Notes under the pieces: model-generated | Database searches by the model: none | Seen by the model: the letters and a program-made list of their open reading frames with translations, nothing else | Told to the model about the DNA's origin: nothing | Made by a program: the position numbers and the translations under genes | Part shown: positions 41,810 through 50,481 of the stretch, piece after piece | Numbering within the stretch: the stretch's first letter is position 1 | How the letters are laid out: each line of letters begins with the position of its first letter | Source of the DNA: Syntrophales bacterium | GTDB lineage: Bacteria; Desulfobacterota; Syntrophia; Syntrophales; UBA2185 | Assembly: GCA_049512055.1 (NCBI GenBank) | Contig: JBEKXK010000003.1 | Span: 9,282 to 73,281, forward strand | DNA length: 64,000 nt | Reading direction: 5' to 3'

Positions 41810-43117
41810 TTGTTAGACGGCTTAAAAAATATCGGGAAGATTCCTGAGCTCCAGAGGAGGATTCTTTACTCGTTTCTGCTTTTGGCTGTTTACAGAATAG
41901 GTGCGCATGTGCCCACGCCCGGTATCGATACAGCAGCCTTAGCAGCTTATTTTGAACAGGCAAAGGGTTCATTGCTTGGGTTCTTTGACATGTTTGCCGG
42001 CGGAGCGCTTTCCAATCTTTCAGTTTTCGCCCTTGGCATCATGCCCTATATCAGCGCCTCGATTATTCTTCAGCTTCTAACCATCGCTATTCCCCATCTG
42101 GAGAGACTCTCCAAGGAAGGTGAGGCGGGACGGAGGAAGATCACGCAGTATACCCGTTACGGGACGGTTATCTTAAGCCTCATACAGGGCTTTGGTATCT
42201 CCGTTGGACTGGAAAATATGGCCGGACCAACAGGAGTTTCCATTGTTATGGAACCTGGCTGGAGCTTTCGTCTGATGACGGTGATCACACTGACTGCCGG
42301 CACGGCATTTATCATGTGGCTGGGGGAACAGATTACAGAAAAGGGCATAGGCAACGGCATATCGCTGATCATCTTTGCCGGTATCGTCTGCAGGGGTCCG
42401 GCAGCGATCTATCAGACATTTACATTGCTCTCCGCGGGCGAGATGGGCATCTTCTTCATCATTATACTCATTGTCATGATGATCGCCGTTATAGGGGTCA
42501 TCGTTTTCGTAGAGAGTGGTCAGAGGAGAATACCGGTACAATATGCAAAACGCGTTGTCGGACGAAAGATGTATGGCGGACAGACGACCCATCTACCTCT
42601 CAAAGTGAATACTGCGGGCGTCATTCCTCCGATCTTTGCATCCTCGATCATTATGTTCCCGGCAACAATCGCTAATTTCATAGATCACCCATGGATGAAG
42701 CTGATTTCAGGCGCCTTGATTCCCGGGAAAATGGTTTATGAATTGATGTATGTCGTCTTCATCGTATTTTTCTGTTATTTCTATACGGCTGTTGTATTCA
42801 ATCCTGTGGACGTTTCGGACAACATGAAAAAATATGGCGGGTACGTCCCGGGCATAAGACCAGGTAAGAAAACTGCGGAATATATTGATGACGTCTTGTC
42901 TAAACTGACATTTGGTGGTGCTATTTATGTATCAGCTGTCTGTGTCCTTCCCAGTATACTGATTAGTTATTTTAGTGTACCATTTTATTTTGGGGGCACC
43001 GCCCTTTTAATTGTGGTCGGCGTTGCACTTGACACTGCAGGCCAGATCGAAACCCATTTGCTGACGAGACAGTACGAGGGGTTCATGAAGAAGGGCCGCA
43101 TCGCGAAACGGCGCTGA
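41810..43117 (+). CDS. secY: Preprotein translocase subunit SecY
   Basis: 435 aa, about 10 TM segments, ALGIMPYISASII and FAGIV motifs. Confidence 0.97.
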   Translation: MLDGLKNIGKIPELQRRILYSFLLLAVYRIGAHVPTPGIDTAALAAYFEQAKGSLLGFFDMFAGGALSNLSVFALGIMPYISASIILQLLTIAIPHLERLSKEGEAGRRKITQYTRYGTVILSLIQGFGISVGLENMAGPTGVSIVMEPGWSFRLMTVITLTAGTAFIMWLGEQITEKGIGNGISLIIFAGIVCRGPAAIYQTFTLLSAGEMGIFFIIILIVMMIAVIGVIVFVESGQRRIPVQYAKRVVGRKMYGGQTTHLPLKVNTAGVIPPIFASSIIMFPATIANFIDHPWMKLISGALIPGKMVYELMYVVFIVFFCYFYTAVVFNPVDVSDNMKKYGGYVPGIRPGKKTAEYIDDVLSKLTFGGAIYVSAVCVLPSILISYFSVPFYFGGTALLIVVGVALDTAGQIETHLLTRQYEGFMKKGRIAKRR

Positions 43118-43136
43118 TGATGCCATATTCAGTCGC

Positions 43137-43886
43137 ATGATTGTCCTGAAGCTGCCAGAAGAGATTGAGAAGATGAGGGCGAGCAACCATATCGTTGCTG
43201 AGATATTGAACATACTGAAGGAAAAAGTCAGGCCTGGTGTAACCACCGGCGAACTGGATATATGTTCGGAAGAGCTTGTTCGTAAAAAGGGGGCGGTACC
43301 TGCATTTAAGGGTTATATGGGCTATCCTAATTCACTTTGCATATCGGTTAATTCGGAAGTAGTTCATGGAATACCGTCAAATAGGATTTTAGACGCGGGG
43401 GATATCGTGAGCCTCGATTTCGGGGCATATTATAAGGGATACTACGGAGATGCTGCCATAACGGTGCCTGTCGGCGATGTTTCCCGGGAAGCGGCAAGGT
43501 TAATTCGCGTTACTGAACAAGGACTCTACGATGGCATCAGGGAAGCAAAAACCGGAAACCGTCTCGGTGATATATCTGCAGCCATTCAAATGCGGGTTGA
43601 GACTGCCGGGTTTTCTGTTGTGAGAGATTTTGTGGGCCATGGAATCGGAAAGAAACTTCACGAGGAACCACAGATACCCAATTATGGCATAAAAGGCAGA
43701 GGTATAGAATTGAAGACCGGCATGGTATTGGCTATTGAACCAATGGTCAACGAAGGCACGTACAAGGTCAAAGTAACTGATAATGGCTGGACTGTTGTTA
43801 CGGAAGATGGAAAATTATCAGCCCACTTTGAACATTCAATTGCCATAACCAAGGATGGTCCGGATATCCTGAGCAGGATGAATTAA
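43137..43886 (+). CDS. map: Type I methionine aminopeptidase
   Basis: 249 aa with metal ligands in VHGIP, DIVSLDFGAYYKGYYGD, FVGHGIG, LAIEPM and HFEHS. Confidence 0.96.
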   Translation: MIVLKLPEEIEKMRASNHIVAEILNILKEKVRPGVTTGELDICSEELVRKKGAVPAFKGYMGYPNSLCISVNSEVVHGIPSNRILDAGDIVSLDFGAYYKGYYGDAAITVPVGDVSREAARLIRVTEQGLYDGIREAKTGNRLGDISAAIQMRVETAGFSVVRDFVGHGIGKKLHEEPQIPNYGIKGRGIELKTGMVLAIEPMVNEGTYKVKVTDNGWTVVTEDGKLSAHFEHSIAITKDGPDILSRMN

Positions 43887-43943
43887 GAGAGAAACAAGAA
43901 GGATTTTTTCAAGGGTGTTGGTAATTAATTGATATAGGTTGTT

Positions 43944-44162
43944 ATGGCAAAAGAGGAACCAATTGAGGTTGAAGGTAAAGTAGTTGAAACTTTGCCAAAC
44001 GCAATGTTCCGGGTTGAGCTCGAAAATGGACACCGCGTCCTGGCTCATATTTCAGGAAAGATGCGCATGCATTTTATCAAAATACTGCCGGGTGATAAGG
44101 TTACTGTCGAGCTTTCTCCCTACGATCTTACTCGGGGAAGGATTATATACCGGACAAAATAA
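43944..44162 (+). CDS. infA: Translation initiation factor IF-1
   Basis: [40 protein letters not shown]...[22 protein letters not shown]. Confidence 0.98.
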   Translation: MAKEEPIEVEGKVVETLPNAMFRVELENGHRVLAHISGKMRMHFIKILPGDKVTVELSPYDLTRGRIIYRTK

Positions 44163-44261
44163 ACCGAAATAAATAGAGTGCATTTGCGGCATTGCAGTGT
44201 GCCATCGGCAGATCGCCCGGCGCGCTTGGAGCCTCAGCCCACTCTGTTAAGGAGCGAATAT

Positions 44262-44376
44262 CGTGAAGGTGCGGTCTTCAGTTAAAAAGATTTGTGACAA
44301 ATGCAAAATTATCAAGAGGCGCGGTGTGTTGAGGGTTATTTGCGAGAATCCAAAACACAAACAGCGCCAGGGATAA
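44262..44376 (+). pseudogene. rpmJ: 50S ribosomal protein L36 gene with a 1-nt frame disruption after codon 6
   Basis: Not in the ORF track. AAGGAG, then 8 nt, then GTG 44262 gives MKVRSSG-stop (TAA at 44283). The +1 frame from 44281 reads [31 protein letters not shown]-stop (44374-44376). Skipping one G of the GG at 44280-44281 restores a perfect 37-aa L36. Confidence 0.8.
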
Positions 44377-44413
44377 TTCAGCGTACAGTGCCCTTTCATC
44401 AGGAGGTTATCAA

Positions 44414-44782
44414 GTGGCAAGACTTGCGGGTGTGGACTTACCGAAAAACAAGAGAATGGAAATTGCTTTAACGTATATATATGGAATTGGCAGGAGCAGC
44501 GCGCGAGATATCCTCGAAAAGGCTGGTGTCAGCCTTGATAAGAAGACAGATAATATTGCCGACTCGGAAATAACCGCCATAAGAAATATCATAGATAAGG
44601 AACACAAAGTCGAAGGTGATTTAAGGCGAGACATCTCTATGGCAGTGAAGAGGTTGATGGATCTCGGGGCTTACCGTGGACTGAGGCATAGAAAAGGGCT
44701 TCCCGTCAGGGGCCAAAGAACGAGTACAAATGCTCGAACAAGGAAAGGTCCGAGGCGGTCGATTGCTGGCAAGAAGAAATAG
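44414..44782 (+). CDS. rpsM: 30S ribosomal protein S13
   Basis: GTG start, [26 protein letters not shown]. Confidence 0.97.
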   Translation: MARLAGVDLPKNKRMEIALTYIYGIGRSSARDILEKAGVSLDKKTDNIADSEITAIRNIIDKEHKVEGDLRRDISMAVKRLMDLGAYRGLRHRKGLPVRGQRTSTNARTRKGPRRSIAGKKK

Positions 44783-44806
44783 AGAAGGAATTGATCCGGA
44801 GGAAAG

Positions 44807-45199
44807 ATGGCAAAACAGGTAAGAAAAACAGGGAAAAAAAAGGAAAAGAAGAACATAACGGAAGGAGTTGTGCATATTCAATCTACCTTTAACAATACTA
44901 TTATTACAATCACCGATCTCAGCGGCAACGTGGTCGCCTGGTCTTCTGCCGGTACGCAGGGATTTAAAGGTTCGAGAAAAAGTACGCCTTTTGCGGCGCA
45001 GGTGGCAGCTGAGGATGCGGTTAAGAAGGCGAAGGAACATGGAATGAGGCGAGTTCAAGTGTACGTGAAGGGACCCGGTTCAGGCCGGGAATCGGCATTA
45101 AGGTCATTGCAGGTGGCTGGCTTGAACATCAGTCTTATCAGAGATGTTACGCCGATTCCCCATAACGGGTGCCGTCCTCCGAAGAGGAGAAGAGTATGA
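44807..45199 (+). CDS. rpsK: 30S ribosomal protein S11
   Basis: [20 protein letters not shown]...[19 protein letters not shown]. Confidence 0.97.
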   Translation: MAKQVRKTGKKKEKKNITEGVVHIQSTFNNTIITITDLSGNVVAWSSAGTQGFKGSRKSTPFAAQVAAEDAVKKAKEHGMRRVQVYVKGPGSGRESALRSLQVAGLNISLIRDVTPIPHNGCRPPKRRRV

Positions 45200-45257
45200 G
45201 ATAGGTCTTATTTAGGGTTTACATATAGAATTATGATTTTTTTATTGGGAGGTTTTT

Positions 45258-45884
45258 TTGGCAAGATATAAAGAATCCGTGTGTCGGTTATGCAGAAGAG
45301 AGGGCCTGAAACTTTTTCTCAAAGGGGACAGGTGTTACGGTGATAAGTGTGCCTTTGAGAGGAGGGGTTATGCTCCGGGAGATCATGGTCAGCTTCGCAG
45401 GAAACACTCCGATTACGGCGTACAATTGAGAGAAAAGCAGAAACTCAAGAGAATGTATGGCCTGTTAGAAAGACAATTCAGGAGTTATTTTGAAAAGGCT
45501 GACAAACAGAAAGGGATAACAGGAACCAATCTTTTACTTTTCTTGGAAAGACGTCTCGATAATATGGTCTTCCGAATAGGCTTTGCCAATTCGAGAAATG
45601 AGGCAAGGCAGCTTGTAAGGCATAATCACTTCTTAATAGACGGGAAACCGATAAATATCCCATCCTACTTGGTTAAGGTAGGCAGCGAGATTCGGGTGAG
45701 AGAGAAAAGCAGAAAAATGGAAAGAATAGTAGAGGCAATGGAAATAGTTGCCAGACGTGGCATACCGCAGTGGTTGGAGCTGGATAAGGATAATTTCAGA
45801 GGACTGGTAAAAACCCTGCCTTCCCGTGAAGAATTGGTTATGCCCGTTCAGGAACAATTAGTCGTTGAGCTTTATTCAAAGTAA
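45258..45884 (+). CDS. rpsD: 30S ribosomal protein S4
   Basis: TTG start, [26 protein letters not shown], with an S4 RNA-binding domain. Confidence 0.97.
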   Translation: MARYKESVCRLCRREGLKLFLKGDRCYGDKCAFERRGYAPGDHGQLRRKHSDYGVQLREKQKLKRMYGLLERQFRSYFEKADKQKGITGTNLLLFLERRLDNMVFRIGFANSRNEARQLVRHNHFLIDGKPINIPSYLVKVGSEIRVREKSRKMERIVEAMEIVARRGIPQWLELDKDNFRGLVKTLPSREELVMPVQEQLVVELYSK

Positions 45885-45930
45885 GATTGTCATATACTTA
45901 AAACATACCCCAAAGGTAAGGAACTAAAAA

Positions 45931-46950
45931 ATGCAAAAGAGCTGGCGCACTTTAATACGACCGAAGCGAATTGAAATTGATGAGAGCACGCATACACGCT
46001 TTTATGGCGAATTCACCTGTCAGCCTTTAGAGCGGGGTTTTGGCATTACTCTCGGAAATGCCCTCAGAAGGGTATTGCTGTCGTCTATTCAGGGAGCGGC
46101 TATTGTCTCGATGAAGGTTGACGGAGTCCTTCATGAATATTCAACAATTCCAGGCGTCAAAGAAGATGTAACAGATATTATACTGAACCTCAAAGGCGTT
46201 CGATTAAAGCTCAATCAGGACGGTCCGAGAGTCGTTCATATTGACACCTCAAAAGAGGGAATATTGACTGCAGCAAATATTATTACCGACGGGACTGTGG
46301 ATATTCTCAATCCTGATCACCACATTGCGACCCTCTCAGGGAGCACCAAATTTAAGGCTGAACTTGTTGTGAAGACAGGGAAGGGGTATGTACCAGCCAG
46401 AAGGGAAAGGGCTCCTGATCAACCTGAAGGGACTATAAATGTTGATGCAGCTTTTTCACCTATTAAGAAAGTAAATTATACGATTGCTCATGCAAGGGTA
46501 GGACAGATTGCTGATTATGATCGCCTTGTAATGGAAGTGTGGACCGATGGTAGCGTCCTTCCGGAGGATGCTCTCGCTTTTGCGGCAAAGATATTGAAGG
46601 GGCAGTTGGACATATTCATAAACTTTGATGATGTGGATGAGGAAGAACAGCAGGAAGTGGTCGAGGAAAAGGAGAGCGCCAATGAAAACCTCCTGAGGCA
46701 TGTTGACGATCTCGAACTATCCGTAAGATCGGCCAACTGCTTGAAAAATGCGGGCATTAATCTGATAGGAGAGCTTGTTCAGAAGACGGAAGCGGAGATG
46801 CTAAAGACCAAGAATTTCGGCAGAAAATCTTTGAATGAAATAAAGGAAATTCTTGCAGAGATGGGACTCAGCTTTGGTATGAAACTCGATTTGCCTCCCT
46901 GGAATAAGGAAGAGAGGAAAGATATTGGTGACTTCGTTGCTAAAGAATAA
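45931..46950 (+). CDS. rpoA: DNA-directed RNA polymerase subunit alpha
   Basis: 339 aa, [21 protein letters not shown], and the C-terminal domain [21 protein letters not shown]. Confidence 0.98.
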   Translation: MQKSWRTLIRPKRIEIDESTHTRFYGEFTCQPLERGFGITLGNALRRVLLSSIQGAAIVSMKVDGVLHEYSTIPGVKEDVTDIILNLKGVRLKLNQDGPRVVHIDTSKEGILTAANIITDGTVDILNPDHHIATLSGSTKFKAELVVKTGKGYVPARRERAPDQPEGTINVDAAFSPIKKVNYTIAHARVGQIADYDRLVMEVWTDGSVLPEDALAFAAKILKGQLDIFINFDDVDEEEQQEVVEEKESANENLLRHVDDLELSVRSANCLKNAGINLIGELVQKTEAEMLKTKNFGRKSLNEIKEILAEMGLSFGMKLDLPPWNKEERKDIGDFVAKE

Positions 46951-46986
46951 AGAGTTTTATGCTTAGCGGAGAAGGGAGATAGTTAG

Positions 46987-47385
46987 ATGCGTCACGGGAA
47001 ATCAGGAAGAAAGCTGGGCAGAACTAAGAGTCATAGGGAAGCTATGTTGAGAAACATGGTAACATCTTTTTTGAAATATGAGAAGATTACGACGACAGAT
47101 GCCAAAGCGAAAGAATTGAAAAAAGTTGCTGAAAAAATGATTACCCTTGGGAAGAAAGGCGGTCTTCATGCAAGGAGACAGGCCCTTTCCTACGTGAGGG
47201 ATAGGGAAGTTGTGGGGAAACTTTTTGATGAACTTTCGTTGCGGTATCGTGACTGCGCAGGCGGTTATACGAGAATAGTAAAGATGGGTAATCGTGCAGG
47301 TGATAATGCCCCCGTGTCCATAATTGAGTTTATCCGGGATATCGGTCCGGATCAAACAAAGAAGAAGGTTCTTTCGCAAAAGTAG
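46987..47385 (+). CDS. rplQ: 50S ribosomal protein L17
   Basis: [22 protein letters not shown]. Confidence 0.97.
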   Translation: MRHGKSGRKLGRTKSHREAMLRNMVTSFLKYEKITTTDAKAKELKKVAEKMITLGKKGGLHARRQALSYVRDREVVGKLFDELSLRYRDCAGGYTRIVKMGNRAGDNAPVSIIEFIRDIGPDQTKKKVLSQK

Positions 47386-47418
47386 CAAGGCGCGACGCAT
47401 GATTTCTTATGTTCAGAG

Positions 47419-47455
47419 CAAAGCAGGGTTTTTCGCCGACCCTGCTTTGCTTTTT
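47419..47455 (+). terminator. Rho-independent terminator of the alpha operon
   Basis: 11-bp perfect stem CAAAGCAGGGT/ACCCTGCTTTG with an 8-nt loop, followed by CTTTTTT. Confidence 0.85.
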
Positions 47456-47588
47456 TCGCTTGTTTTTTTGTCGGAAAAAATATACTTCATATCAAGTTAC
47501 CACTTTCGTAACAGTCTCAACTCATCAACGGTTCTTTACAGAGTCAGATTGCGATTTTTATTTGGGCAACGGAGAAGGAGGATTCGTT

Positions 47589-47846
47589 ATGGCGGAAGAA
47601 AAGATAGGCGAAGTTGTAAAATTTTTTGCGAAGCCGTGCGTTGCGGCGATAAAAGTAACAAATGGCGAGGTGAAAGTGGGCGACACGATCAAGATAACCG
47701 GTCACACTACAGATATAACAAACACACTTGAATCGATGGAGATCGAAAACCAAAAGGTTGAGAAGGCTGTGGCAGGAGACTATATTGGTGTCAAAGTCTC
47801 CGATCGTGTCCGCCCTGGTGATGAAGTTTTTAAAGTTGTACCATAA
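47589..47846 (+). CDS. Stand-alone EF-Tu domain-II-like beta-barrel protein (translation-factor-like)
   Basis: 85 aa from the ATG after GAAGGAGG: MAEEKIGEVVKFFAKPCVAAIKVTNGEVKVGDTIKITGHTTDITNTLESMEIENQKVEKAVAGDYIGVKVSDRVRPGDEVFKV. The pattern resembles the domain II barrel of translational GTPases. The upstream part of the 145-aa ORF spans the terminator and is rejected. Confidence 0.5.
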   Translation: MAEEKIGEVVKFFAKPCVAAIKVTNGEVKVGDTIKITGHTTDITNTLESMEIENQKVEKAVAGDYIGVKVSDRVRPGDEVFKVVP

Positions 47847-48270
47847 TAATCTATTGATTTTGCAAGCCAGGGTATCTGCAAATTGTAACTGCTGCTTTCC
47901 CTCTTGTTAAGAAGGATTCGGATTGGACTTGCTTCTATCATCGGTAATAATTAAAGTTCGAAGAGCTACCCGGTAAGGAAAAAATTTATCTTACATAGAA
48001 CCCCTTGCCTCGCTTTGCAGGGTTATGGTAAAGATTCCCGGTCTTTTATCCGCCACAATACCCTCTCTGCAAGTTGTACAATCGTTCTATAAAGTTGTTG
48101 CCTGAACAGGAAAGGTATGTTAGCGTTCCGCCGGCTTCTGACATTGAGAGTAGATAACCGGTTCTTCCGTTAAAGCATATTCTGAGGCCGCATAGCACAT
48201 CGAATGCCTTCCTGACCAGGAAGGACATGGGCCATTAGCATTAGGAACTCCACTCATAGGATGGAAAGAG

Positions 48271-49038
48271 ATGCAGATCAGAGTATTGGGTTGCCACGGA
48301 TCACAGACGCCCGGATGCAATACGACGAGCTTTCTTTTGGATGGAAATATCCTTGTCGATGCTGGAGCTATTACATCTTTATTAACTATTGAAGAACAAG
48401 TTAATATAGATTATGTCCTTGTCACCCATGCTCACCTCGATCATGTTAGAGACATAATGTTTCTGGCAGATAATATCTGTTATCTGCAGAAAGGTCGTCC
48501 CCTGACTGTTATCGGAACCCGTAATATCATCGATACCCTCAGGACACATCTCTTCAATAATATAGTTTGGCCTGATTTTTCCCTGATACCCAGCCCCGAA
48601 AATCCGGTTCTAAAGTTCATGGCCATAAAGCCTGGGAAAAAGACTAAGCTCGGCGATGTAGATATTACCGCCATCTTAGTGAATCACGTCATAGAGACAG
48701 TCAGTTATGCAATAGAATCCGAGAAAGGATCATTTATAATTATCGGAGATACTGGTCCCACTGAAGAGGTATGGAAAACCGCAAACAAGATGAGTGATTT
48801 AAAGGCCGTCTTTATTGAAACATCGCTCCCCGACAGCATGAAAAATGTCGCAGAAATGACGGGTCATCTAACACCTTCGGGCTTGGAGGAAGAATTAAAG
48901 AAATTGAATGCTCCCAATCGCAATATTTATCTTTATCACATGAAGCTCCAGTACCGCGAAGCGATTCAGAGAGAGATAGCGATGATAAGAGATAGAAATA
49001 TTCATATCCTCGAAGACGGCGAGGTCATTCAGATCTGA
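48271..49038 (+). CDS. MBL-fold metallo-hydrolase, class II cyclic-nucleotide phosphodiesterase-like
   Basis: 255 aa, MQIRVLGCHGS...SFLLDGNILVDAGA...YVLVTHAHLDHVRD. Confidence 0.55.
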   Translation: MQIRVLGCHGSQTPGCNTTSFLLDGNILVDAGAITSLLTIEEQVNIDYVLVTHAHLDHVRDIMFLADNICYLQKGRPLTVIGTRNIIDTLRTHLFNNIVWPDFSLIPSPENPVLKFMAIKPGKKTKLGDVDITAILVNHVIETVSYAIESEKGSFIIIGDTGPTEEVWKTANKMSDLKAVFIETSLPDSMKNVAEMTGHLTPSGLEEELKKLNAPNRNIYLYHMKLQYREAIQREIAMIRDRNIHILEDGEVIQI

Positions 49039-49210
49039 CTTTTTTTGATTAGGTTACTCAAAGATATCCCGGGGCGAGTCTTAAACACGCCTTTCGCATC
49101 AGGCCGCAGGGAACAGAACCAAATACCCCTCGACGCGCGTATCGCTCGCTCAGGGTCAGTCCAACTGAGTCCTTTTTCCTCGGCACAGAGTTGAAAGAGA
49201 CCGGGGTTCA

Positions 49211-50476
49211 TTGAATCAAATGCAGTCGCCTATTGAACATCTCGATGGACTAAAAAGGTTAGATATCCGTTTCAGCCTTGATCCTATATCGCGATTCCTT
49301 GATCGCTTGAATAATCCCCAGGACGCTTACGGGACAATTTTGGTCGGCGGAACCAACGGGAAAGGTTCCATTGCGGCTATGGTGGCATCGGTTATGTCCC
49401 GCGGTTTTCGCATTGGCCTCTACACATCGCCGCATTTGGTCGATGTCCGGGAGAGGATAAGAGTCGACGGCGACATGATATCACGGGGGGAGATGGATGC
49501 GTGGATAGAAGTAGTAAAGGCGCACTCGAAAGAAAACCTAACCTACTTCGAATTTCTCACCGCAGTTGCCTTTCTTTATTTCCACTCGCGAAAGGTGGAT
49601 TTGGCCGTTCTGGAAGTGGGAATGGGGGGCAGACTCGATGCAACTAACGTGGCTTCACCTCTCGTATCTGTGGTGTCGAATATCTCCATCGATCATTCTG
49701 AATACCTCGGCAAGCGTCTCGAAGAGATTACCTGGGAGAAGGGCGGCATAATTAAGGATGGAGGGGTTCTCATAACGGCGGTGAAACAGCGGCGCTTGCA
49801 AGAGCTTCTGGAAGAAATATGCCGCACGAGAGGTGCAACACTATACCGTGTGGGAAGGGAAATAAGGATCAACACACACCCCGATGGTTCATTTTCCTAT
49901 CGAGGCATTGGGACGAGATACGATAATCTTGTTTGTCCTCTGAGAGGGAGACATCAGAAAGTAAACGCCGCTGCGGCCATTGGTGTCATTGAATGTTTGG
50001 CCATGAAGGGGTTCGGTGTCGATGACGATGCCGTCTTGAAAGGAATTCATGACGTTAAATGGGAAGGAAGACTGGAAGTCATCCGGTATTCACCAACGGT
50101 TCTTCTGGATGGCGCCCACAATGCGGGTGGCGCATCGGCCCTTTGCCGTGCACTGAAGGAGGAATTTCCCTTCAAGAAGTTGATATTCATCTTTGGCGTT
50201 CTTAAGGACAAGGACTACGAGACTATGCTCAAAAAGCTGCTGCCACTGGGGGATCGACTGATCTTAACGAGTCCGGATGTTGAAAGGGCAATGCCTCCCG
50301 AGGCATTGTTGCCGGTGGCAAACAAATACATAAAAAGAACCGAGATCGTGCGTAACTCCCATGACGCCCTGAAACGGGCATTATCTATAGCCGATCAGAA
50401 TGATCTTATCTGTGTGACCGGTTCTCTTTATCTTGTCGGTGAAATTAAAAGGGCATTCTCTGCGGCATTTTCGTAA
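49211..50476 (+). CDS. folC: Bifunctional folylpolyglutamate synthase / dihydrofolate synthase
   Basis: 421 aa of the Mur-ligase family, VGGTNGKGS, YTSPHL and EVGMGGRLDATN. The start is TTG 49211 or ATG 49220. Confidence 0.9.
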   Translation: MNQMQSPIEHLDGLKRLDIRFSLDPISRFLDRLNNPQDAYGTILVGGTNGKGSIAAMVASVMSRGFRIGLYTSPHLVDVRERIRVDGDMISRGEMDAWIEVVKAHSKENLTYFEFLTAVAFLYFHSRKVDLAVLEVGMGGRLDATNVASPLVSVVSNISIDHSEYLGKRLEEITWEKGGIIKDGGVLITAVKQRRLQELLEEICRTRGATLYRVGREIRINTHPDGSFSYRGIGTRYDNLVCPLRGRHQKVNAAAAIGVIECLAMKGFGVDDDAVLKGIHDVKWEGRLEVIRYSPTVLLDGAHNAGGASALCRALKEEFPFKKLIFIFGVLKDKDYETMLKKLLPLGDRLILTSPDVERAMPPEALLPVANKYIKRTEIVRNSHDALKRALSIADQNDLICVTGSLYLVGEIKRAFSAAFS

Positions 50477-50481
50477 TGTAA

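Noticed and set aside
47324-47588. N-terminal extensions of the ORFs at 47324..47731 and 47409..47846
   Set aside because: They run through the rplQ 3' end and its strong terminator hairpin and T-tract. A good RBS and ATG at 47589 defines the real, shorter gene.
48195-48220. Possible SRP (4.5S) RNA helix-8 motif (GGTCAGGAAGG on the minus strand)
   Set aside because: The hairpin closes on a non-GNRA loop, and the flanking conserved AGCA/GGAA internal-loop elements are absent.
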